DNA of 63,148 nt, filler included, from Collodictyon triciliatum (lineage: Eukaryota), in the NCBI GenBank assembly GCA_043381765.1. It is 7 parts of 7 records of this genome, joined end to end, with 100 filler letters (N's around TTAATTAATTAA, not from the genome) between each part and the next. Parts side by side here need not be neighbours in the genome. Positions count along the whole stretch, not along the records: positions 11,194 to 22,285 come from JBHJMP010002485.1; positions 22,386 to 33,474 come from JBHJMP010002488.1; 5 more parts are not named here. One strand, 5' to 3'. A model generated the notes under the pieces. That model was not told the origin of the DNA. It did not search any database and saw only the letters and a program-made list of their open reading frames with translations. The stretch's first letter is position 1. Every line of letters starts with the position of its first letter. The position numbers and the translations under genes are program-made. Positions 12,747-30,495 of this stretch are shown here, piece by piece.

Positions 12747-15419
12747 CCACCCAAAACACAAAAACTCCAACCACACAATCCGGAATTTACCACTGTCCCG
12801 CCCACAACTCATTTTTGTCCTAGAGGCGAAGGCAGTTTCTTCTTTCCTCTCGATTAAGTTTTGAAATGTAACAAAGAATGCCAGAAAGAGTAAATATCAT
12901 CAAAGTCGGTAGTCTCATAATCTTTAACGAAACTAAACAAAAATCTAATTTTTCTTTGACATTTTCAAAATTGAAATTCTTCCAATAATTATCTTTATCT
13001 GCAATTATATGTATTTTTTTTTTTTACTTTTTGAAACAAAATAAAATCTCTTTGAATCGAAAAAAGGAGAGTAAACTAAATATGAATCAATTGTATGCAA
13101 TCATACTATATTTTAAAGGGATTTGATTAATACTGCTGTATACTAGACCCCAAAAAAAAAAATTACAGAAAAATGCACTGGCTTCGCTTAAGTCTACATG
13201 CCTTATTAATTCAAAGCTTCATTTTTATTAAATTTTCAAGACCGAGATGTAATTTTTGTGGCATGCGAAATTTCCTTATGACCACGATAAAATCAACCCT
13301 AATGCTTTATAAAGAGTATATCAGTGCAAGCCGACAACGAACAAAGCATATGATTCTTTTACAATACAACTATATAATTTTTAACACAAATACTCATTTG
13401 ATGAGTTTTAATTTTCCATTTATCGAAATTTTGAAAGAAAAGTATTATTTTATGAAATTACAACCTAAATAAATTAGGTATTTAATTTAATAGGAAAATG
13501 CTAAACCATTTACAATATTCTTATGATTTGAATTTATTGACCTGATTACTCGTACATCTATTTACACAGCTTATGGAAGATATGCAACGGGGCTATCTTC
13601 ACAGTTATGAATCGATATGAATTGTATATACTTCAAACAAAATAATGCTAAAAACAATAGAAACTTAAAAATGATTTGAAAGAATCAAACTTCAAAAATA
13701 GCAAAAATAAAAAAATCAAATTGAAATTCAATTATTAGGGCATAAGCACTATAAAAACTAAATGCTTAAAAGTAAAAACTAAATCAATAACTTTTTATCT
13801 CGTTCATTATTGGATATCTAGCGATACATTTTGCGCATGAATAAGCATTCTGTGTTTCGTCTTGCCCATGGAATGTATCTAGTTGATTGTCTTGTGCAAA
13901 GTTAACTTTTTTTTCACGCAATATAATTCTTCGCATTCACGTATTATACCAGGATATTCCAAAAGATATTATTGGAAATAGACCTGTGTGCTCGAATTGT
14001 AAAATATACGCTCAACAACAATTTCATCATTCGTATATTATAGAAGACGTGTTGGAGGAACCATCAAATAATACAACCTTACCTGACCATATATACCTCA
14101 TTCCAGAGTGTATCCCTTTCAGTTTTTGTATTTTTATTCGAAATTATGACAAAATAAACCATTATTGAATTGAAAGTAAAACTAGTCTTAGTACCAGATG
14201 ATAGAACTGTAATTAGAAGCTGTGATATTAAATAAATCACGAGGAGCATCAGGTATTCGTATCATTTATGCTCTTGGATATCCGCCCTGACTTCTAATCT
14301 CTGTCTCCTTTGTCTTATATTTCTTCGATCTCATCCACCTATGGGTCTATTTTGGCGACTCTCTTCATTTCGTGAGATGTTTCTTCCTGTCTATTTTTTC
14401 GCCGTAAATTTGCATTTATTTTACTCTCTTACATTCCCAGCTACTGACTATATCTTGTGATTTTATCACAATTAATCTTGAAAACTACTCTCATTTTCTC
14501 TTCGTCTTACTATTCTATTGATTGCATACATACTCTTTTGTCTTACGCCCTCTTCATCAATACCTTTTGTTCTTTTCGCCTACACTTTTCTCACATGCTG
14601 AAACTTGACCTTGTATAATCTTACAATTAAGCAAAATTCATTTTATAAACTCTCATTGTGATACAAACTTATTATTCATTCCACAACACCCGTGGCAATA
14701 AAAGTACCGTTTATGGCATTTTCATAGAGAAAAATCAAAGATATCACTTCTCATACTCAGTTATTGTGGAATATATTTCCTTTGATATTAAAAAGAAAAA
14801 AAAGAAAAGAGAAATTCCACCTTGCAGAAATCCAAAGGAATAAAAAATAAGGCGATAGTTGGTCTGTAGGGCTCAGAGCGATTTTCAGTATTAAAGGAAA
14901 GCTGTTGAACCTAAATTTATATCACCTTTTATGGCTGCCTGGGGAATATTATTCCTTTTCAAATGAAAACAATCATAAAAAATTGTAACAAACCCTTTAC
15001 TTCGAGTTGGGTAAAAAAAAAAGCTAATAACATCTTATCATCACTTACAATTTCTCTTTTCTTTCAGATATATATCTCACATGCACTACACATTGTCTGC
15101 TTTGTAATATCACATGATTAAAATAACCTCAAAATACTATGTTTTGGGCTTCGTTTTCTTCATCTTGCTAATTGAATGACAGATACATATACAGCAGACG
15201 AGTATGATTTTATTTGAAAACGAGCGGAAATAGAGTTTGTAATTTTGTGGTTTTCATATTAATTTTATTCCTGGATGAAAAATCTCATATTCAATCCTCT
15301 TTTTATTATTTATGCTGGAACATCCAAAGTTTCCTGTGAGCCTCTGTCAGTCTTTGTGAGCGTATGTGAGTCTTTCTGACGGAGCTTAAAGCTATGCAAT
15401 TTATCCCCTATGAGACACT

Positions 15420-18783
<3,364 letters not shown>

Positions 18784-19380
18784 CGGTTCTTTCTGGTTGT
18801 GGGTCTGGGCGATAGAATTGCAAGGCTATGTAAAAAAAAAGTCAGAATGGCTCTCGAACCGCATTGCGTGTTTTGGCAGATGCTTGTGTGGGTTGGGACA
18901 GCTTGTCTCGTGTTTTTTATCCCACCTGGAGGGACTTGATGTCCCCGAACCCAGAGAGGATGATATATCTATTCCCATAAAAGGTAATAGATGAGAAGCA
19001 AAGGTTGAACCACAAACGCGGGCATTCCAGAAAAGTGAAATGTTAATATTTACCTATTCAATATTATAATTGATGATTTAGTATATAAGTAGCCTTTAAA
19101 TGGATATAATACAGCAATTATAACCGTGATATTATATATTCCACTTATATATTGCAATTCAGTTAAATTAGGTATGATTCAGATTTTCCCTTTTACGGTT
19201 GCGTTTTTTCAATAGCTTTCCCAACTTCGATCACCATAAAAAAACAGATGAGAAAAAAAGGGAGTCGGGCTGACTCGTGCTGGATAAGTAGAAGCAAAGC
19301 GCACGAGAATGGTCGAGCATCTCTTATTGTGCACACATACAAACAAAGAACTCATTCTGTCACCGGCTTACAACTAGCAG

Positions 19381-21413
19381 ATGGACTGCTTTACCAACCC
19401 TCTACACTCTGTCTTTGGCACTCTCCGTGCAGTCCGTAGCTATGTGATCTCTGGTGTTTTTCTTGGGGCCGTGTTGTGTTGCGCTTTGCTTTTTGAGGCC
19501 TACGACCGACTCACCCGCCCGTCACGCCCGACCACCCCAGAAAACAAGGAAAGATCCTCCCGGAGTTCTTGTCACAAGCAACAAAACCACAGTCAGTCCT
19601 ACCTCAGAGTTCAGAAGGGAGGTCATCATCACCGCGTGCCAACCATTATCAACGAGCATGGGTACCAGATGGATATCCACCGCATCCAGACTGAAGATGG
19701 CCATATTCTGGGACTACAGCGGATTCATCCAAGGCAAAGCGTGGCAAGAAAGATTGTGGTGATTTTGCAGCATGGACTACTACAGTCATCTGCTGTGTAT
19801 GTTATGAATGAAGAGAAAAGCCTAGGATTTGTGTTGGCCGATCAAGGGTATGTGTATTTTATTATTTTTTTTTACATTTTATAATAGATTTTTCTTATTC
19901 ATATCAATACCATTAATTTTCCCTCTCTTTTTAATTTTTTTTTGTTGTTTTGTTTTTGTTGTATTGCACGAATCACTCATTTTCATTTGTAAATTCAAGA
20001 ACGGGTTCAATTTATTGGGCCAGGAGTCCCTCCATTTTTCTCTATAACCTATTTTTTTTTCCAAACTGAAAAATAGAATGGATGTTTGGTTATCCAATAC
20101 GCGAACAAATATCCACTGCACCCATTCAAAAATCAAGAAAACCCACCAAAGCTACTGGGACTATACTATCGATGACCTCGGAAAGTACGACTTCCCTGCT
20201 GTTATCCGATTCGTTTTGAAAAAGACTGGCGCAAAGAAGGTGGTTTACATTGGACATAGCCAGGTATAGCATATCAAATAAATAAATAAATAAATATGAA
20301 CTCCAGTCACACAATTAATCAATCAATCAGTGGTATATTTATTTTATACTAGTTATCTTATGTTCTAAAAAAAGGATCTCACATTACAGGGGGTGACAAA
20401 AGCTATTGCTGGATTGAATTTTCATCCTAATCTTAACAAGAAGCTTCAGTTACTGGTTGCTCTGAATCCAGGTGTCTATGTTCGACCCATGTCTAACTTT
20501 GTTGTTGATAAACTTGCAAAAACAGAGACAAATACATTCTTTGGTATAATGGGTAATCTATTAATTAATTGCAGCTATTTGATAGAAATGAAGAGAACTA
20601 TATTTTCCTCTTTCCCTTGTAATTTACCTGCTTTTTTTTTAAAAAAAAAGGTATATATACAAGGTCCTTATAATTTACAACTATTTCAGAGTTTTGATTT
20701 TGTAGGCAACGGAGAGTTTCTCCCTATGATGGAAACTGTTCGAAAATGGGTTCCGGAGGGTATATTCTCAATATTTGCGTACAGGTAAAGCTATAGTATA
20801 TGCATATTTAGATAATGATATATATGAAATTTTGTAATTGTGCAGAAACCTAACATTTCGTCTTATTTATTCATTTACAGTATGAGTAGCTTCATGTTTG
20901 GGTGGAATGATGTGAATTGGAACACGAAACAAAAGCCCATGTTCTTCTCTCATACACCTGCTGGTGCTTCTGTTGCAAATGTGGCTCACTGGTTTGAATT
21001 TTTTAACACCATAAATTCGCTTTATATGCTTGTGTATTGAAAGTGTTTGCAAACAGTGTAAATATCATTGTAGTCATTTTGATAACTCAGTATCTTCAAT
21101 TTTTTTATTTTAACAGCATGTTAGATATCATATATGTTAGTATGATGTTTTTTTTTATTCTGTATTTTTGTGAAATTGGCCTTCATATGCATAATCCAGA
21201 GAAACTATTATGCGTAGTATCTTCAATAGAATAACATTTATATTGATAGGTTCCAAATATACCAATCAAATAAATTTCAAATGTTTGATTACGGGGAGAA
21301 TGAAAATTTGAAGCGTTATGGACGGGATAGCCCTCCCGAATACGATCTTGGAAAAGTCCAGGTTGAGTTAAGAAACGATTATAGACTTTTCTTTCTTTCA
21401 TTCATTCATTCAT

Positions 21414-21509
<96 letters not shown>

Positions 21510-22108
21510 TGAAACGAAATTTGGGTGAATTTGTGGGGGTGTAGAGAGAAGTATTATCTTATCATCGGCGGTTTAATGCGTTATGAAAGCTTGATACCTA
21601 AATCACCATGGATTTTACATAGTGCCCAGTCGCTTTGATATATGGAGGGAAAGACTTCCTTGTTGACAGCGAGAGAGTTGCCCAGGAGCTAAAGACTGTT
21701 GTATATAAACAAAAGATTGACGATTATGAAGTATGCTCATTGTATTCAGTGTGGAATTCCCTTCAGTTTTCTTACCCCTGGTATTTGATTCTTGACACGC
21801 TCGTTCTAAACCGCAATGTTTATCCACCTAGCATATGGATGCATTATGGTCTACCTGTGCGGTGGACAGGGTCTACCCCAAACGTTAGAAACACTGTTAT
21901 CGTTTTCACGTATCCATACATGACCCTGCATCGAAAAAGAGGAGGTGACTGATCTCATTAAACCACAGTCATAGAGTTTATCCTCCAACACGACACCCAA
22001 CTGAGCACCACCAGAGAAGAATGCAAACACGACAACGTGGAAGACGGCTCTGAGTCGGATGCAAACGAGGCGACCCACGACCCCACCGAAGAGCCCGAGG
22101 ATGTCTGA
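19381..22108 (+). CDS. Alpha/beta-hydrolase lipase (lysosomal acid lipase / sterol esterase-like), multi-exon
   Basis: TEDGHILGLQRI, LQHGLLQSS, LGFVLADQG|..VWLSNTR, YDFPAVI, nucleophile motif GHSQ|G split by an intron, DYE|HMDALW, N-terminal TM segment, TGA at 22106-22108. Confidence 0.9.
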
Positions 22109-22169
22109 CTGAACCGCCCAACCAGATAGCCATCAAGCCACACGCGCTCAGCCCTACACTCACCTGGCA

Positions 22170-22285
22170 TCCATCTTTTCTTTTCTTTTCTTTTCTTTTC
22201 TTTTCTTTTCTTTTCTTTTCTTTTCTTTTCTTTTCTTTTCTTTTCTTTTCTTTTCTTTTCTTTTCTTTTCTTTTCTTTTCTTTTC
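22170..22285. repeat. (TTTTC)n microsatellite at contig end
   Basis: Direct inspection. Confidence 0.9.
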
Positions 22286-22385
22286 NNNNNNNNNNNNNNN
22301 NNNNNNNNNNNNNNNNNNNNNNNNNNNNNTTAATTAATTAANNNNNNNNNNNNNNNNNNNNNNNNNNNNNNNNNNNNNNNNNNNN

Positions 22386-25300
22386 TTGAACCATCAGGAG
22401 AAATCGCGATACTCTTGACATATCCTTCATGACCAGTTATCGTTCTAATGAAGGAACCATCGATGAGATTCCAAATTTTGATTGTTTTATCGTCACTTCC
22501 TGAGACAATTTTTGAACCATCAGGAGAAATCGCGATACTCTTGACATATCCTTCATGACCAGTTATCGTTCTAATGAAGGAACCATCGATGAGATTCCAA
22601 ATTTTGATTGTTTTATCGTCACTTCCTGAGACAATTTTTGAACCATCAGGAGAAATCGCGATACTCTTGACATATCCTTCATGACCAGTTATCGTTCTAA
22701 TGAAGGAACCATCGATGAGATTCCAAATTTTGATTGTTTTATCGTCACTTCCTGAGACTATCAACGATCCATCAGGAGTTATAGAGACAGTTTGAATGTA
22801 ACTCGTATGACCATTTAATGTGCGAATCAAAGTTCCATCAGAAAAATTCCAGATTTTGACAGTTTTATCAGCGCTCCCTGAGACAATTTTCGAGCCATCA
22901 TTAGATATGGTAACACTAAAAATGTAGCTCGTATGTCCATTAATTGTGCGAATTAAAGCACCATCAGAGAGATTCCAAATTTTGATTGTTTTATCATCGC
23001 TCCCTGAAATAATTTTTGAATTATCAGGAGAAATGACAATACAGTATACATATCCAGTATGACCAATCAATGAGCGAATTAAAGTTGCATCAGAAAGATT
23101 CCAAACCTTGATTTTTCTATCTGCACTGCCTGATATAATTTCCAGGTCATTGTAAGTAATGCTAACACTATAAATCCAAAATGTATGACCACTTAGTGTG
23201 CGAACTAAGGCTCCGTCATCTAAATTCCAAATTTTAATTATACTATCAGCTCCACTTGAGATAATCTTGGTGCAATCATTCGTGACAGAAATACTATTGA
23301 TGTAACCAGAATGACCAATCAAGCTCCGAATTAAACTGCCATCAGAAAGATTCCAAATTTTGATCGTTTTGTCCCAGCTTCCAGAGACAATTTTGGTGCA
23401 ATCTTTTGTCACAACAATACTGTAAATAAAACCAGTGTGACTAATTAATGAGCGAATTAAAGTTCCATCAGATATTTTCCAAACTTTAATTGTATTGTCC
23501 CAACTTCCAGAAACAATTTTGGTACCATCAGGAGTAATAGAAACAGTTTGAACATATCCTGTGTGTCCTGTTAAGGTGTAAATCAAAGCTCCATCAGAAA
23601 GATTCCAAATTTTGATTCTACTGTCGTCACCTCCGGAAACAATTTTAGAACCATCTGGTGTAATCGCAATGCTTCGGACACTACTAGAATGACCATACCA
23701 ATAGAATATAGCATTTGATGAATAAAGGCTCCAAACTCTAATTGTGTTATCTTGTCCTCCAGATACAATTCTATAACTATCAGGAGAAACAGCAACGCTA
23801 AAAACACTACCGACATGACCGGTCCATGTGCGAATCAAGGCACCGTCAGAAAAATTCCAAAGTTTTAATGTACCATCACCACTTCCAGATACAATTTTAG
23901 AACCATCGGAAGTCAAAGCAGTACTAAAAATACCACTAGTATGACCATTTAATGTGCGAATCAAAGATCCATCAGAAAGGTTCCAAAACTTGATTGTGCT
24001 ATCATAGCTCCCAGAAATCACCTCCAAACTATCTGGTGTAATAATGATAACACTTATATAGCTGTCATGTCCGCTCAAAGTACTGATTAATTCTCCATTT
24101 GAAAGATTCCATATTATAATATCAGAATCTGCACCTCCTGAAACAATTTTTGAATTATCAGGGGATATAGCAACGGTATAAATATAGCTCGTATGACCTA
24201 TCAAAGTGCGAATTAAATTTCCATCAGAAAGATTCCAAGTTTTTATTGTTTTGTCATAGCTGACTGATACAATTTTTGAACCATCAGGAGTTATAGTGAC
24301 CCCACTGATATAACTCGTATGCCCATTAATTGTGCGAATTAAAAATCCATCAGATAGATTCCAAGTTTTTATTGTTTTGTCATAGCTGACGGATACAATT
24401 TTTGAACCATCAGGAGTTATAGTGACCCCACTGATATAACTCGTATGCCCATTAATGGTGCGAATCATAGTTCCATCAGAAATATTCCAGATTTTGATAC
24501 TTTTATCGTAACCAGCAGATAAAATCTTCGAACTATCAGGGGTAATTGTGACAGAAGTAATATAATTGCCAAGGTCAGCTAATGTGAGAATCAAGGTTCC
24601 ATCATATAGATCCCAAATTTTGATTGTACCATCGGCACTTCCAGAAACAATTTTAGAGCTATCAGAGGTTATAACGATACTTCGAACATGATTTTCATGC
24701 CCTATTAATGTATAAATCAAACTCTTATCGGTGATATTCCAAACTTTGATTGTTCCATCCTCACAACCAGAAGCAATTTTAGAACCATCAAGTGTTACAG
24801 CTACACTGATGACAAAATCTGAGTGACTAATTAATGAGTTTGTCAAAGCTCCGTTAGAAAGCTTCCAAATTTTTATTGTTCCATCCCAACTACTAGAAAC
24901 AATGTTTGAACCATCAAAACTTATGGCAACACTTGCAACGTAGCTAGTGTGTCCTGTAAGGGTTTTAATCAAATTTCCATCAGATAGATTCCAGATTTTT
25001 ATTGTTCCATCCCAACTACTAGAAACAATGTTTGAACCATCAAAACTTATGGCAACACTTGCAACGTAGCTAGTGTGTCCTGTCAGGGTTTTAATCAAAT
25101 ATCCATTAAAAAGATTCCATATTTTGATTGTTTTATCCCAACTTCCAGAAACTATTTTTGAACCATCAGGAGTTATAGAAATGCACTCAATATGATTTAC
25201 ATGACCCGTTATTGTGAAAACTAAGTTTCCATCTGAAAAATTCCAGATGAAAATTGATCTATCCCAACTACCAGAAACTATTCTCGAGCCATCTGGAGTT

Positions 25301-27540
25301 ACGGAAATAGAGCTGACATGGCTTGTGTGACCAATTAATGTACGAATCAATGTTCCATCCAAAATATTCCAAATCATAACCGACCTATCCCAACTACCAG
25401 AAACAATTTTCGAACCATCAGGAGTAACGGTGACACAGGTGACGTAATTTTTGTGACCAATTAATTTTAGAAATATATTTCCGCTATATAAGTACCAAAT
25501 ATTAATTGTTTTATCATAGCTTCCAGAAATAATTTTTGAACCATCAGGAGTAACTGTTATGCAGGTTACAGGGTTTAAATGACCAATTAATGTGCGAATT
25601 AAGGCTCCATCAGAAAAATTCCAGATCTTTATTGTTTTATCAAAGCCTCCAGAGACAATTTTTGAACCATCAGGAGTAACAGCTACACTGAGTACATAAC
25701 TAGAATGGCCATGGAGTGATCGAATCAAAGCTATATCCATGAGATTCCAAATTTTGATTATTTTATCACCGCCTCCCGAAACTATTTTTGAACCATCAGG
25801 AGTAACAGCAACACTGTTAACATGTTCACTATTCTCCGTCATTGTGCGAATCAAAGCTCCATTTGAAAGATTCCATATTATGATATTTTCATCTTGACTT
25901 CCTGAGACAATTTTTGAGCCATCAGGAGTAACAGCAACACTTCCAACACTACTAGTATGGCCAGTCAATGTGCGAATCAAAGCCCCATCAGAAAGATTCC
26001 AAATCTTTATTGTTTTATCATCACCTCCTGAAACAATTTTTGAGCCATCAGCAGAAACAAAAACACAATTAACGACACCTGAGTGACCAGTCCAAGCATC
26101 GATCAGATTTCCATCAGAAAGATCCCAGATTTTTATGGCTTTATCAGAGCTTCCAGACACGATTTTTGAACCGTCGGGTGTAACAGCGACGCAAATAACA
26201 CCAAAAGTTTCATCGCTTAATGATAGATTTAAATTCCCATCCGAAAGATTCCAAATTTTGATTGTTCTGTCATCACTTCCTGAAACAATTTTTTTGCTAT
26301 CAGGGGTGGTTGCAACACTACGAATAGAATCTGTATGGCCATTCAATGTCCGAATAAGTGTTCCATTAGCTGCATACCATATATTGATTTGTTTATCATC
26401 ACCAACAGACACAATCTTTTCGCCATCAGGAGTGGTTGCAACACAACGAATAGAATCTGTATGGCCATTCAATGTCCGAATAAGTGTTCCATTAGATGCA
26501 TACCATATATTGACTTGTTTATCATCACCAACAGACACAATCTTTTTGCCATCAGGGGTGGTTGCAACACTTCGAATATTATATGCATGGCCACTCCAAT
26601 TTTGTATCAAATTACCATCCGAAAGATTCCAAACTTTGATTGTTCTATCAACACTCCCAGAAACTACCTTTGAAGCATTATCTAGAATAGAAATGCTTTT
26701 GACGTGATTAGTATGTCCTGTAAAAGTGCGAACCAAACTCCCATCATGAATGTTCCATACTTTAGTTGTGTTGTCACTACTTCCAGAAACAATTTTTGAG
26801 CCATCAGGAGTAACAGCAACACTTATAACAAAACCGGCATGACCAGTCAATGTGCGAATTAAAGCTCCACTAGGAATACTCCAGACTTTAACAGTTTTAT
26901 CGTTACTTCCAGAAACAATTTTTGAGCCATCAGGAATAAAAGAAACACTTTTAACTTCAGCATTATGACCAGTCAATGTGCGAATCAAAGCTCCGTCAGA
27001 AAGATTCCAGATTTTGATTGTTTTATCACCACTTCCAGAGACAATTTTAGAACTCTCGAGAGTAACAGCAACACTGGATACGGCATTATTATGACCAGTC
27101 AATGTGCGAATCAGAGCCCCGTCAGAAAGATTCCAGATTTTGATTGTTTTATCACCACTTCCAGAGACAATTTTTGAAATATCAAGAGTAACAGCAACAC
27201 TGTAAACACCATCATTATGACCAGTCAATGTGCGAATCAAAGCTCCATCAAGGACATTCCAAATTCTGATTGTATTATCGGCACTCCCAGAAATGATTTT
27301 AGCATCATCAAGAGTAACAGCAACACAAAAAACACCGCTTGAATGACCAGTCAATGTGCGAATCAGAGCCCCGTCAGAAAGATTCCAGATTTTGATTGTA
27401 TTATCCTCCCCTCCTGAAACAATTTTTGAGCCATCATGTGTGACTGTAAGGCTGTCAACAGAATTAGTTTGAACAGCTAGTGTCTTAATCAGGTATATTT
27501 GCTGTTCCTTGATACCACATACTTCGATATAGAGCATCAA
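22386..27540 (-). CDS. Very long WD40-repeat protein (~41 repeats of 42 aa), 3'-truncated by contig end
   Basis: One uninterrupted ORF of more than 1700 aa made of GH...V.SVA.TPDGSKIVSGS.DKTIKIWNLSDG units. The start is uncertain. Confidence 0.93.
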
Positions 27541-28729
27541 TCCTATTGAGGCAAAAATTAATTATTGAAATCAAAGTTATAATACTTGCTTCCGCGACAT
27601 TTACTTTATTTTAATTCTAGAGGTATATAAAATCAAGTGGTTTATTGAACAAGGAAAAAATCAATATTGAATATATAAATCAAGTGCATCCCATAACTAC
27701 ACATACGTACCAAGCAGAAAAATAGATTTGACAGCAGAGTTTGAGTAGATCTTCATCTAAATATATATTTGTTGATTTTCATTTAAAATTTTTAAATTTT
27801 CACTAAATAATATTTGTGCTTCAATAATTTCTCTGATGATTCATGTATGAATATTTTGCTAAAAACTTTTTGGACCATGTCCACGTATTAGAAATGATTC
27901 AAATTAAAAGATTAAAAATAACCTCGAGAGATTAAAAATAAACGTACATAATAGTCTTATATTAATATTCATTAATTCAATTATGAGCTATCTTCATTAG
28001 ATTAATTGCATCAAACAGGTATTTAAATCTTCAACATTTTAATTTTTAGACCACATATTTTATATTCTGAACGAAGATTGAATTAATTTATGTAAATTTG
28101 TTGTAATTTTTTTTTACTTAAATGAGATAATTTTCCAAAAAAATTAAAATCATCAAAATTTAATAGATGCATAAAAATGCTGCTGCTAGTTCTTATAAAT
28201 CCAGGTTACCCCTTTAATCGAATATAAGAAAAATCAGGACATGATTAAAATATGATTTATTAACGATTTTGTATTTCCATTGAACCTTCACAAGCATTAA
28301 TGAAATACATAAGGCTTAATACCAGAGAAATAAACAGTGCCATTCATGAAAGTCAATTAAAAATCATATGTCAGCGTTTCTTTTTTCCAATCTTTCATTT
28401 TACAAAAACTTCAGTCACAAATTTCGGGAGTCTCATTCCCTATCATTATTTAGAATAAGCGAATGCTGACTTTTTTGTCTTCTCTGCATGAAATATTAAA
28501 ATAATTAGAAAATACACACCAAAACTATCTCAGTTTATAGCCTTTGGCATATTGATTCAAAAAATACAAAATCCCATTAATTCAAATAATATTGTGTAGA
28601 CTAGTAAAATCGAAGAAAATAAAGAAAAGGTACCCTCGAAGACAGAAGAAAGTAGATTCTAAATTGGTCGATTGACCTTGTGAGTAGCAGTAGTTGAACA
28701 TGTAGTGGGAGATATCTTACGATAAGTTC

Positions 28730-29400
28730 TCACATATCTCTTCGCTTGCGGTCTGAGTAGTGAAGAATGCGAGCGTGTTTCAGCAGGCTGTTCAGGAAGC
28801 TGTATTGCACGAGGTTTTCCAGCCTCGATACATTGATTTCTCGTTCGGGCGAATCATTAGAGCGAGAGAATGCACGCACACTCCATAAGGACCACAGCAT
28901 ATGTCCCCTTGTGACTGTCCAGAGTATTCTAGAGTCGTGAGTCATTTGGTATTGTGCGCCAAACAGGATGTCAGACGCGCTGAGACGGTTGAGAGCATAA
29001 TCAAGCTCAGAGAGCATCTTGTGGGTAGACTCTGTCACTTTTTGGGCAAGGGAGCACTTCACAAATGTGTGTTCGATAGAGTCATCTCCACTATGTCACA
29101 TGGTGCATTCTGGAGAGTTCGTTGCTGCATGGACTACACGCACACCTATCCACAGCTCTCTGTTGGAGATATTGAGCAGTAGGGCGCGGTGTTTCGGGAG
29201 TAACTGAGGTATACGGGCTTGCTTCCAGCTTTTGACTATCGGCGGGTCTATAATGCCTATAGTTTCGGCCCAACGACTCATCTTCTCCGGTTTGTAGGGA
29301 TTCGGACTGATGATTTTATATCGAAACAGCTTGGAATAGGCCATGGCCATCGAGAAATGCGGAGAGTCGGGTGTAATGGACCGCCTTTGGTTCTTCAGAC
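28730..29400 (-). mobile_element. Second degenerate copy of the LINE ORF2 C-terminal fragment
   Basis: Translation nearly identical to the 352-960 region (MAMAYSKLFRYKIISPNPYKPEKMSR; CSLAQKVTESTHKMLSELDY). Confidence 0.78.
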
Positions 29401-30366
29401 GAAAGAAATTTTTCTCTCAACATATAATTCATATTTTATCAATTCATATGAAATATGGATTGTTTGTTACCGATGTCGAAGACTCGCGAGCAATTATGAG
29501 GTGTGTACTAGCCATAGGAACAACAGCCTATTGATAACAAGCCTCTGATTTTGGTAGAAAAAACTGTTTGCAGACATAAGCTTGTTTTCATTTTCTCGTA
29601 TCTGTCGTCATGTATTACTTATCTATAATTTTTATTTTACACGGTTCTGGATATCGTCATTTTGCATTATTGGATTTTGCTAACATATAATTAAAGATTG
29701 ATAATGCCTGACCAGAATCAAGAATTGCACTTTTTTAAATGATAGCTTAAGCTTTCCCAAATGACCATGATATCTAAAATATTTTAAAAAAATATATATT
29801 AGGATTTGGGGCTTTCGGTCGGCCAATAGCTAAACCCACCAAAAGAAATGGAGCGCATTGTGGAATCATGCAAGGCCAAGTGGATTATTTCTTTGATGAG
29901 AACGGAAATCCTGGCAGGCCTACCGATTTTGTGACACATATACACCTATCAGAATATTATCCAAGCCAACATCTCCACCATCCTGCCCAAAATTGAAAGG
30001 AAGAATAAAAAAAAAATCAGAATATTATCCAAACCTCATTATGCAAACGTATGCATTGCATTCATAATATATCTTCTGTTGATGTCTAAACCCCCGTCGA
30101 ATATTTGCAAAAGGGAAGGAGTAAAATGAGCATATATAAACAAATGTTAAACACAGACGGAAAGTAGAGGAAAGAGGGTATCTTGGCGACATCGCGGCAC
30201 TTGTGGTGTACCTTCACCAGTCTCTTTGGTGATTTGATCTCATAGCTCAAAGGCAATCACAAAATCGTCCAACTGCAACTTTGGGCTCTGCCCCGTTCTA
30301 CTTCCCTGTGGATTTTGCCCTTTTCGTTTATTCTCAAATTCTTCATTTTAAATCATTTTATTTACT

Positions 30367-30495
30367 TGACTAAAAGGAGTATACCAACTTTCGATTGGTA
30401 AACCTGGTGTGCTAGTATCTAAGGTCTCGTCACTTTTTTTTCGCAGAGGTCGTGTAGTAGTGAAGGCTGCCAGGAGAGACCCGACAGCCTGAGTT
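30367..30495 (-). ncRNA. Candidate Fanzor omegaRNA scaffold
   Basis: Lies at the 3' end of the Fanzor ORF. 11-bp hairpin at 30464-30490, GAAA-loop hairpin at 30382-30400, and GGTCTC/GAGACC long-range complementarity. Confidence 0.6.
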
